From Harriotta raleighana (taxonomy: Eukaryota), in contig JBNZDD010013678.1 of the NCBI GenBank assembly GCA_050575255.1, forward strand, positions 4,498,753 through 4,562,752: a stretch of DNA of 64,000 nt, read 5' to 3'. The number at the start of each line of letters is the position of its first letter. Positions within the stretch are counted from its first letter, which is position 1. Shown piece after piece: positions 27,701-39,700 of the stretch. Made by a program: the position numbers and the translations under genes. The notes below the pieces were generated by a model. It was given only the letters and a program-made list of their open reading frames with translations, was not told the DNA's origin and ran no database searches.

Positions 27701-30700
27701 CAACACCATATTTATTCACTGCCATAATACGGAAGATGTATTCATTTCCTTCCAGAAATTTGGTAACTTTGTAACTCAGAGCCAGTACATTCCCATCAAC
27801 TAATGTCCAGACCAAGCGACTGGTTTCTCGCTTTTCAATAATGTAGTGGGAAATTGCACTCCCACCATCGTGGCTTGGTGGCTTCCAAGCCAATGTGCAT
27901 TTCTCAGCATTCAATCCAGTTATAGTAATTGGTCCTTCCGGTGGTCCTGGCCTGTCAAGCACCTTCACGGTTACATGAACAATCTTTTCACCTGCTACGT
28001 TCCTTACCAATAGGGTGTACTGACCACCATCCACTCGAATTGCTTCTTTGACTGAGAGAACAGTGTTGAAATCGGTACTTTTAATATCCATCCTGGCTGT
28101 GCTTTCAAGTTCTTTGCTTCCTTTCATCCATTGGATTGTTGGGATTGGCTTACCATAAACATCAGCTTCGATTTTAAATACTTCTCCGGCATTTACCACA
28201 ACAGCTTCTATGTATTGTGGATCCATACTCACTCGAGGTGGATCAATTTCATCTCTGGCAGTGATGGGGCCAGTGCTTTCTGATGGTTCACTGAACACAC
28301 TAGCTGCGTTTCTGGCACACACTCTGAACTCATACCTTTGGTCCTCCACTAAACCAGTTACAACAAAATTGGTATCGATGACATTAGTGAAGCTAGCCTT
28401 CATCCAGCGGCCTTCAGGAAGTTCCTTCTTTTCAACAAAATACCCGGTGATTTTGCTTCCTCCGTCATATTCAGGTTTGTTCCACTGAAGATGCACTGAA
28501 CTTCTGGTGACAATCAAAGCTTCTGGGCGACTTGGAGGATCGCATGGGTCTCGAGCTACGACACATTCCGATACTTTGCTAGGTTTGCCAATGCCAACAA
28601 TATTCTCAGCGTAGACCCTGTACTCGTATTCAATGCCCTCTTCAAGATTGGCGGACTTCATCTGGGTGTCGGAAATAATTGATTTGTTCATTTTGATCCA
28701 TAGAATGCTGTTTCTTTCTTTGCGTTCAATGTGATAGCCCAGAATCCTACTGCCACCATCGTTGACGGGTTCGTTCCATTGGACGAGCATACTCTCCTTT
28801 GTAACGTGCGTTGTAAAAGGAGTACCAGGAGGTCCGGGGATCTTGTAAGGAAATTGTGCAATAATAGACTCGGAAATAAGAAAGCTGCTCTTTCCGTATC
28901 TATTCTCAGCTGCAATTCTGAATTGATATTCTACGCCCATCTTTAAACGTATGGCTTTGATTGTTGTTCTGGCAACGGTAGCAGACACAATCTGCCAGAC
29001 AGTAGTCGAAGTGTCTCTCTTTTCAACTATATAATTATTGATTTGACATCCACCGTCGTATACTGGTGGTTCCCACGCGAGGATCATGCTGTCTGCGGTA
29101 ACTCCATCGATCTTGAGTGGCCCAGTTGGAGGTCCAGGCTTATCCAAAACAATAATACCAAGAATTTGAGTTGTTTCGCCAGCAGTATTTGCTAGTTTTA
29201 TCGTGTATTGGCCAACATCCTCGCGACAAGCTTCCTTAATTACTAGAAGGGCCTTGCTATCTTTCAATTCAGCATTGACTCTGGTTGTTTGTTTCAATGG
29301 CTGGTTATCTTTCAGCCATGTTATTGTTGGTTTGGGACGAGCAACAAATGGCACGTCAACTTTCAAGTCTTCACCTGCTAGGACGCTGAACGTGGTAAAT
29401 AGAAGTTTAAAAGAAGGAAGGATTACGAGATCCTTTGCAATAACAGGGACGCCCAGTTGTCGAGGATCACTGACACCTTTTTCATTCTGTGCTGATACTC
29501 GGAACATATACTCTTCACCTTGCGTCAGCCCAGTTATGGTGGCTTCAGTTAGCTTCACAGTAGCACATGTTGTCCACTTTTCACTTCCTTTACTTTGCAT
29601 TTCCACAATGTATCCTAATATCCGGCTGCCTCCATCATGCTCTGGCTTCTCCCATGATAGAATTGCACTGTTTCTTGTTACATCTACAAGGGTTACTTTA
29701 CCCGGTGGAAGCGGTCTTTCTGACACCTTAACTGCATCAGAGGTCTCAACAGGAAGACCCACTCCATACTCATTTTCAGCCAGGACACGGAAATAATAGT
29801 TGCAACCTTCTTGTAAGGTGTCCACCTTCCAGGTTGTCTTGTGACAGTTGGCGATGACTGTGGAGTACGCTTTCCTGGTGGATTCCCGTTTTTCTACTAT
29901 GTAATTGTTGATCTTGGAACCGCCATCGTTAAGCGGGGGCTCCCATGAAATGGTGACAGAAGTCTTGCTAACTTCCTTAATCTTCAGATTCTGCGGTGCC
30001 CCTGGAGTGTCCAGGACTCTAACATTTACGAAAGCAGTCTTGCTGCCACTGCTATTTTCAACGGTTAACATGTACTTGCCACTGTCGAATCTGTTCACAT
30101 TTGCGATGATGAGAAGAGAGTATGAGCTTGTAGATTCAATCGATGCTCTGTCCAATGGCTCCCCATCTTCCCTAGCCCATTTGATTTCAGGGACTGGTCG
30201 ACCCTTGACAGTAACAAATAATCTCAAAGTGCAGCAGGCTCTTATGTTCACCACCTTTCGTAGATCTGCGTCAAGTTCAACTTCAGGAGGCAACAATCTG
30301 TCTTCGGCCTTAACTGTTCCTGGGATTTGGGCAGGTTCACCAATGCCTTCATTGTTCATGGCATATATGTGAACCAGGTATTCTTGGTTTTCCTTTAACT
30401 TAGTGATTGTGAATGATGTGGCTTTAAGTCCGCCCTGTGGTGTAACAATTGTCCATTCATCTTCTTCGGGAAGACATGTTTCAACCATATAACCTGTAAT
30501 TTCTGAACCGCCATCATAAATAGGTTTATTCCAGGCAATAGTAATTGAAGATTTGCTTGAATCAAGCAGCCTAGGGTTACCTGGAGGTCCGGGTTTGAAT
30601 ACTGTGTCACTAGATTTATAGAATGGGCTGGTAGGACTTGGTTGACTGAGACCTGCAACATTTTCAGCTATGATTCTGAATTCATATTCATGTCCTTCTG

Positions 30701-33700
30701 TGAGCCTAACAGCTTTGAATCGCAAATCAGTGATTGGTCTTTTGTTGCATTTAACCCATCGTACTCCTGTCCTGTCACGCCGCTCAACAATATAATTGGT
30801 GATTTCACTGCCACCATTAGAATCTGGATGTCCCCAACAAACCACCATTGAATCCTTTGTGATGGCTGTAACCTCTGGTGTCTTCGGTGGGCTGGGTGGG
30901 ACAAATGGATTAACAGCGATAACAGCATCAGATTCCAATGACTCACCAACTCCGTATTTATTCACTGCCATGATGCGGAAAATATACTCATTCCCTTTGA
31001 GAAGTTTAGTTATCTTCAGTTTGGTGACTTGAACTTCTGCTGATACAGTTGTCCATGCCAGTCGACTAGTCTCACGCTTTTCAACGACATAATGATCAAT
31101 CTTTGCACCACCATCATCAGTAGGTGGTAACCATGATATCACACATTTTTCTGATGTGACATCTGTAATTCCTATCGGTCCTTCAGGAGGTCCGGGTCTA
31201 TCTAGAACTTTGACATTGAAAACATGTTTAACTGAGCCACCGGGATTGGATGCGGTAAGTACGTAAGCACCGCCGTCTCTTCTTGAGCTTTCTTTGTTCG
31301 TCAAAACAGTAGAGAAATCAGTCATCCTTATTTCCTGTTTTCCCATTTCTACAAGATCCTTTGCGTCCTTTGTCCAGACCATTGTTGGTGGTGGTCGGCC
31401 TGTTACGTCTGCCTCGAGTTTGAAAACTTCACCAGCTTTCAAAAGTATGATATCTTTGAATTTAGCGTCAACCATTATCCTTGGTTCCTCAATGTCATCT
31501 CTGCATGTTATTGCGTCAGTGGGGTCAGATGGCTTGCTCACTGCTCCTGCGGAATTTCGAGCTGTGACGCGGAATTCATATCTGTCATCTTCAGTAAGGC
31601 CACTGACTGTGAATTCGGTCTCCAGAACATTGCTAAAGTTTGCTTTAAGCCATCGCCCACTAGGGAATTCCCTCTTTTCAACCATGTATCCAGTAACCTT
31701 AAAGCCTCCATCATATTCTGGCTTAGTCCAGACAAGTGTTACAGAATGCCTTGTAATGTTAATGGGAACCGGTTGACCAGGGGAATCGATAGGATCTAGC
31801 GCAAATGCTGGATCTGAAGGTTTGCTTGGTTTTCCTTTGCCAGCCATGTTTTCTCCTGCAACACGGAATTCATATGCAATACCATCGGTAAGTGCACTTG
31901 ATTTAAATGTGTTGCCTACAACCAAAGCCTTGCTTATAGTTTGCCAGAGAATGCTATTTCTTTCCTTTCTTTCAATGTGATAGCCCAAAATTTGACTTCC
32001 ACCATCAGTAACTGGGTCATTCCAAGTGATAGTCATTGAATCCTTTGTAACTGCAATAATATTTGGAGTTCCTGGAGGTCCAGGCACCTTAAATGGATAC
32101 GAGGCAACAACAGACTCTGAAATAATTGCAGGTCCAACACCATATCTGTTTTGAGCCTTAACACGGAATTGGTATTCCATTCCAGTAGTAAGGTAACCAG
32201 CTTTATATGTTGTACGTATCACAGTAGCTGCCTGCTCTACCCATGATGTACTGTTGGTCTCTCGCATCTCTACAATATAGTTGTTAATTGGCACTCCACC
32301 ATCGTTCTCTGGTGCCTCCCATGACATCAAAATGTAAACAGATGAAATTTCATCTAATTTGATAGGGCCTTTAGGAGGTCCAGGAATGTCATGTACGTAA
32401 ACACCAATGGTGTCACTTACTTCACCAATTATGTTTTTAGCAGTCAGAGTGAACTTGCTGGTATCACTTCTTACGCATTCGCTGATGTTAAGTATTGTTG
32501 AGTTGGCTGTATTTTCGACATTTATTTTCTGCGTTTGCTTCAAAGCTTGGCCTTCCTTCATCCAGGTGACTGTTGGTTTCGGTCGACCATGCACTGGGAT
32601 CTCAACTTTGATATTATCTCCTGCCCTTGCAATTATACTCTTCTGGTATATACCACGCAGGTCAAATTCTGGAAGTGATGTTTGTTCCTTTACAACAACA
32701 GGTCTGCTTTCTCGAGGATCACTCCTTCCAGAGATATTCACGGCCATGACCCGGAATGTATATTCCTCATTTTCATTCAAATTCTTTGCAATATAATCTA
32801 ATGCCTTTTGAGTTGCTAAAGGCATCCATTTCTCACTGCCTTTCTTCTGGGCCTCAAGTACATATCCTGTAATCCTACTACCACCATCATGCTCTGGTTT
32901 TGGCCAAGCTAAGCTGACCGAGTGCTTGGTTATATCCATGATGTGAAGACTTTCTGGAGGAGACGGGGCTTCGGATGCTCTTACAGGGTCTGTCGTTTCA
33001 GCTGGTTCCCCAATACCATATTCATTCTCAGCCATTACTCTGAAGTAATACTCACACCCTTCGGAGAGATTAGGAATTCTAAGTGAACACTTTTGGCAGT
33101 TTGTTGTGATAGTCGCGTATGCTTTACGTGTCGATTCTCGTTTTTCTATGACATAGTTTGTGATCCGTGAGCCCCCATCAATCATTGGCAGTTCCCATGC
33201 CAATGTAATGCTGTCTTTCGTTACTTCTCTAGCTGTAAGGTTAATCGGAGGTCCTGGGGAGTCTAGGACCCTCACGTTTACAAAACCAGACTTTTTACCA
33301 GCAGCGTTTTCAAGACACATTGTGTACTTTGCAGTGTCATTTCTGGTGGATTCAGGGATCAGGAGGAAGGTGTACGAAGATGTGGTTTCTACCGTGGCAC
33401 GTCCTTTGACCGGAACATCTCCTTTAAGCCAAGTGACTTGAGGAGTTGGACGACCCTTGATTGGTACAAAGATGCGAATTGTGACTCCAGCTCTGACTAC
33501 CAGAGTTCTTCTCAGTTCAGCGTCCAGCTCGAAATCAGGCAGTTCTTCACGTTCCTTAATTTCAACAGCACCTTCAACTTGTGCAGGTTCACCAATACCC
33601 TCAGCATTAAGTGCTTTGATTCTAAAATGATATTTTTCCCCTGGCTGGAGGTTAGCAACAACAAACTCGGTTATTCTGAGTGCAGTGCCCGTGGTGTCTT

Positions 33701-36700
33701 TTACCCATTCTTCCTCTGCTTCTTTCTTGTGTTCAACTATGTAGCCGATGATATCAAGGCCACCATCGTAGTGAGGTTTCCCCCAAGTCAAAGTAGCAGT
33801 GGTCTTTGTTGTGTCCACTACTCGTGGGTTAGAAGGAGGCCCAGGCACGTCTGTGTTAAGTAAAAATAAACTCATATGGTAAAATATCTATTTCTACAGA
33901 GTGTCAAATCAGAGCCAACCGCATTGAATGTAAATTTGCTGAATTATTTCAAACTATAAAGTAAATGCTTACATGTTACATCTTTGTTGCAAATAGAATT
34001 TTGAGATATTAGAATATCATTTATATATCTGATCATTTCATATATTTGAATCTAAAGTATGTATAATATATTTGAATGTTTTTTAAATATACTGTAATAT
34101 ACAATAATATTAATTATAATTTTAAAATATTATTTTAATAGAATTTTAAAAATATCAAGTGAATGCTTACATGCTACATCTTTGGTCAGCACTGATGCTG
34201 TTGGTTCGCTTGGTGCTCCAATGCCCGCTTTGTTTTCTGCCGTGACCCGGAATTCATACTCAGTTCCTTCATTAAGTCCTGTTACTTTATGCCGTAGATC
34301 TGAAATTGTTTTTTTACTTGTTCTAATCCATCTTAATCCTTTCTTTTCTTTGCGCTCAGCAATATATCCTAGGATTTCACTGCCACCATCATCAACTGGT
34401 CTCTTCCAGGCAATAGTGACTGTGTTTTTGGTAACATTGGTGATTTCTGGCTTTCCTGGAGGACCGGGTGGACCTAGGAGACGAAGATTAGAGGTGGGGT
34501 TCATATCATCAAACCAAAATACGCAGAAGTGAAATATCTTGCATTTTAATAACAGTAAGCCTTGCATTTGGCATAGCGCCTTATCACATCGGAAGGACAT
34601 TTCAAACTGCTTCACAGGATTTACCACGAAATGGAGTGCCAGTAAACACGGCAGCGCAATTGCAAACAGTCATGGAGTGAGTGGTCAATTTTATTTGGGA
34701 GTATTGTATTGTTGAGAAACTCCCTTCACTTTTCGAAAAGTGCCATTGGATGGATCTTTAACATCCACCTGAACAGACGGATGGGACCTCAGTTTTAACA
34801 TCTCATCCCAAAGATGGCACCTCTGAAAATGCAACACCCATTACTAGTACTGAATTGGAGTGTCAGTTTAGACTATGTGAATTTAAGTCCCAACATGGGA
34901 TATACTAATGTTATGAATAGATCAGTCCATGTTGTAATGCTAAAAAGCACTTTGAGAGATCTTGAAGGGTAGACATGAATTAGGCGCTATATCAAATGCA
35001 AGTATTATCATTGTTCTCATTAAAAAGTACTCACCAAAACTGTCTACCATCTTAACAGGTTCGCTATGTGAAGGATCACCGATGCCAAACTGATTTACAG
35101 CAGACACACGGAAGATGTATTCATTTCCTTGTATAAGTTTGCTTGCAATGTATCTGCAGCTTGGGAGATTTTCAGCAAGTAAAGTCCAGAGAAGGCGACT
35201 GGTTTCTCTCTTCTCAATTGTATAGGATTTGATCGGAGAACCTCCATCTTCTGCAGGAGGCAACCAATTGAGTGTTACCTTTTCAGATGAGATGTTGCTG
35301 ATTTCAATGGGGCCTGGAGGACCAGGAACATCCAAAACTTTCACACGGACATTTTCCTCTTTGATACCAAATGGGTTGCTGGCAGTGATGGTATATTCTC
35401 CAGTATCCTTTCTGGTAGCATATTTGACAGATAGTGTGGAAGAAGTCGGAGTTACTTCAATTTGGACCACATCAGAGGGCTTGAAGTATTTTCCACCCTT
35501 GGACCAAACTGATGTTGGCGGAGGCTTGCCGAGAATACTGGTGGCGGTAATCACAATTGTATCCCCAGCTTTAACTGTTAAGCCTTCCTTTACGGTAGGA
35601 TCAATTACGATTGTTGGTGCCTCTGTGGGAATGAAAGAACAACAGATGTGTTAAGTGTCATGAACAATGCTTGGTTTGATTCAGTGCTTTTCTTTCTTCC
35701 ATATCTTGTGAACTAAAATTACGCACCATATTCATCCTTGCATACAATGGTTCCTGTCGTTTCCGATGGCTCACTGATGGCTCCAGCTGCATTCTTTGCT
35801 TTGATGCGGAACTCATATTTGCAGCCCTCAGTCATGTCAGTAACAGTGAAGGCACAGTCCTGAACATTAATATGATTTGCTTTCATCCAGATTTTCGAAG
35901 GGAGGTCCCGCTTCTCAACAATGTAGCCAATTAGCTTATGTCCGCCATCATACTTGGGCTCAGTCCACAACAGGGTCACAGAGTTCCTTGTGATGCTAAT
36001 GACATCAGGTTTTCCGGGGGGATCTGAAAATAAATATTATTTAAAGGGTAATAAAGGTGCTTTGAAGCCCTTGCAATGTGGAATGGAAAGAATAGGAAAT
36101 CTGCAATGTATTTTCAACCTACCAATTGGATCAAGTGTGGTGGCAGGCTTCGATGGTGCACTTGGTTTGCCTACACCAGCCAAGTTAATTGCCATAACTC
36201 TAAATTCATATTCAAGCCCCTCTGTCAAGCCAGTCACTCTGAAATCCTTCATTCTCAGTGGGGTCGTATTTGCTCGTTTCCACAGAAGGCTGTTTCTTTC
36301 TTTGTACTCAATGTGATAACCTGGTGTAAAGAATAAATAGTTTTAAAAACCACCAGGAGGTTGGGGGGGAAGGAGGGTGACTGAAGTAGAGGGTCTTTAA
36401 CTAACCTACAACAACAAATTATACTTGTAAAGCACCCTTTACATCGGAAAGACATCCTTGCAAAGGAAAGACATTGATGTCCTCGCACAGAAAAGATATT
36501 AACATTAAATGCTTTACCTGTGATAGGTGAACCACCTGTCTTCCTGGGGTCTGTCCAAGCCAGTGACACAGAGTCATGTCTGGCGGCAACAATTTGTGGT
36601 GGCAAAGGAGCATCAGGTACATCTGAGAGGAGGAAGAGAGTATTTAGTTTGAATTCAACATAACACTGCTATTCAATGAAATCTATCTCTAAAATGCACC

Positions 36701-39700
36701 AATGCTTACCGAACGGATGCCTGGCTATAACAGGATCAGATTTCAGGTCTACACCTACACCGTACTTGTTCTCAGCACTGACTCTAAAGTTGTACTCAGT
36801 TCCTTCGTGAAGCCTTGTAACTCTGAATGATGTCTTCTGTACAGCAGAGGCACATGTCACCCATTTGTTGGTCGTGTTATCTCGCTTTTCCAGGATGTAG
36901 TTTGTAATTTCCGAACCACCATCATCTTTGGGAGGTCCCCAAATCAAAGTAATGGAGTCAGCCGTGACTTCATCGAAACGCAGGGGTCCGGTCGGTATTC
37001 CGGGCTTTCCGACTATTTTGACAAACAGAGTGCCTTCCTTCGTGCCAGCGGCGTTCTTCACAGTGACTACGTACTTTGAGGCATCGGACTTTTGACATTC
37101 CCGTACTATTAATGTTGTATTGACAGCAGAGGATTCCACATCTACTCTACCACTCTCATCGAGGAGCAAGTCTTCACCTTTCTTCCATGTTATTTTGGGG
37201 GCTGGCTTTCCACTGATTGGAATCTTCAGACGGAAGCTGCTTCCCTCCTTGGCAACATAGGTTAGGTCAGGCAGATCTTTCAGATCAATATTTGGTGGTA
37301 CTGTGAACAAAAACAATCAATCAATTTTATTTATATAGCGCCTTTCACGTTGGGAGGACGTCCCAAGGCGCTGTACAGTCAAGTGGGGGGGAAGGAAGGA
37401 AAGTAGGAAAAATTGACTGTATATTTGTGGGCGAAACAGTGACTTAATTCAATAAATTAGAATACCAATGTTTCAGTTTATTTTGAAGCTTTCCCCTTTG
37501 AATAACTTATGCTCCTTTCATATTAAAAATTGATGGTTCAGATATGTCACGAGTGAGGATAGCTCAATGATATTACAGTGCTTGTTGTCACAACTGAAGT
37601 AACTATCACCATCTGCAACAGATTTGATTTTGTCAGACTTAAAATTTTGTGGGGGAGCTTAATAATGTAAGCGGGTTTGTTGAACACCGTGTAAAAGTTA
37701 AATCGTCAGTGATTAACATCTGTTTTGAGAACCGTTACATTTTCAGTTTAACCAATGAATTGGATATTTCCCAACTTGCACTATTTGAGCAGAAAACCTG
37801 TTTAAAAACACATCAGATTGTTTCTGTTGATGGATGTCTAAGGCTTGTTTAGATGCTGCATCATTCTACTTGTACAATATGCTATTGATTTCATTTTGAG
37901 TAATTAATACTTGCGATCTAAAGTGGATTCTGTCCAAAACTAACTGAAAGGTGAATGGGGCTTTGGTATGATATATGACTCACCAACTTGATCTTTGGCT
38001 ACAACTGTAATTTCCTGTGGTGGACTGTATCCTGCATCATTCTGTGCTTTCACTCTGAAATTATACTCTTTTCCTTCCTCCAAATCTTTTATTGGATGTT
38101 GCATGTTCTTTGACTGCATTATCCTTTTCCATTTGTCTCCGTTCATCATCATTTCAACAACATAAGCTGTAATTCGTGATCCACCATCACTGGTGGGCTT
38201 TTTCCATGCCAGGGTGCAAGATGATTTGGTCAAACTTAGAGCCTTCAGGTCTACTACAGGTCCAGGTTCCTCTGTATTAGGTAAACAACCACAATTTAAG
38301 AAAAAGTAATGTTACCAACAACAACAAACAACATTTGTCAGCTCCTCTCAGGTCAGGAGGAAATCCCAAACCATTGGACAGTCAGGGGTTTGGACCAAAG
38401 CAGGTGGCTTGGATCAGGAGGGGTGGATGGAAGGAAGGGTATGGGTGAGAGGCGCAGATGAAAAGGAAGTCATTGAGATGAGCTTTGAATGAGACAAGGG
38501 AGAAAGTGAGGTGAAGAGATTGTGGAATGGAATTCCAAAGAGTGAGGGTAGAGAGGATGAAGGCCTGACATCCGATGGTGGGGTGGGCCAGGCGGGGGAC
38601 ATGGAGCAGGCCAGAGCCCACCTGGCCAATGGAGCGGACAGGTTTATGTGGAACTACGTTATAATAAAGCAACATTTTTTGTTACCTGAAGCTTTCACAG
38701 CATTCTTTGTCTCACAGGGCACGCCGATGCCATATTCATTTTCAGCCAGGACTCTGAAGAAGTAAAATTTACTCTCTTCCAAATTCAGAATTCTGAAACT
38801 TGTCTTGGGACATTCAGTTGATACAGTCGACCATGCCTTTCTTTCGGCATCTCGTTTTTCCACGATGTAATTCTTAACTGGACTACCACCATCCACAAGT
38901 GGAGGGTCCCAGGAAATAGCAGCAGAATTCTTTGATGTTTCTTTAACCACAAGGTTAAGTGGAGGACCAGGAGTGTCTGATTTGAAAAAGAAAAAAAATT
39001 GTTTGAATAATTATAAAATGAATCTATTTTGCAAACAGGATATTTTGCCTAAATGCATTTAAGACACCAACTTACCCAGAACCTTGACAACAAGTGTATA
39101 AGTCTTCATTCCACTGCTGTTTTCTAAAGTTAAAATGTACTTTCCGGCATCATATCTATTGACGTTTTCGCAGTACAGCATTGTATCATATTCTGAAGTT
39201 CTGATATCAAGTCCTTCTCTTTCCTTGATGTTGGAATTCATTTTGGCCCATGTGACCTTTGGAGTCGGACGACCTCTAACTGGCACATAGATTCTCATTG
39301 TGACTCCCGCACGCAGGACAAGTGCCTTCCTCAAGTCAGCATCAAGATCAGCTTCAGGAGCAACTGTTCAGGAACACAAATAAGGCTATTATAATATGGT
39401 AACAAAAACAGCAATGGGAGTATTGTTATTATAATAATAATAATCCTTGTATTTGAATTAGCGAATCATCACGTTGTTAAGACGTCTCAAAGTGCTTCTT
39501 GGGATTTTACGGAGACTGTTCATTTGTCACCGAAGCCATTTGAATACTTACTCAAAATATCTTTGGGAGTATGTTTATCAGGCACGTCACTTGGATCACT
39601 GAAGCCAATTTTGTTCACTGCAGATATCCGGAACTGATACTCAATGCTATCGCTCAGTCCTGTAGCAATATAACTTGTGTCTTGAAGGTTCTTCGGCACA

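Noticed and set aside
16644-33875. 5,743-aa ORF as a stand-alone giant gene (e.g. adhesin or retrocopy)
   Set aside because: Both ends are intronic read-through; clean AG/GT sites join it in frame to the neighbouring titin exons.
33960-34160. Extremely AT-rich intron just upstream of the giant exon
   Set aside because: No periodic or inverted structure beyond low complexity; comparable AT richness occurs in other introns (about 50460-50600, 54240-54350).
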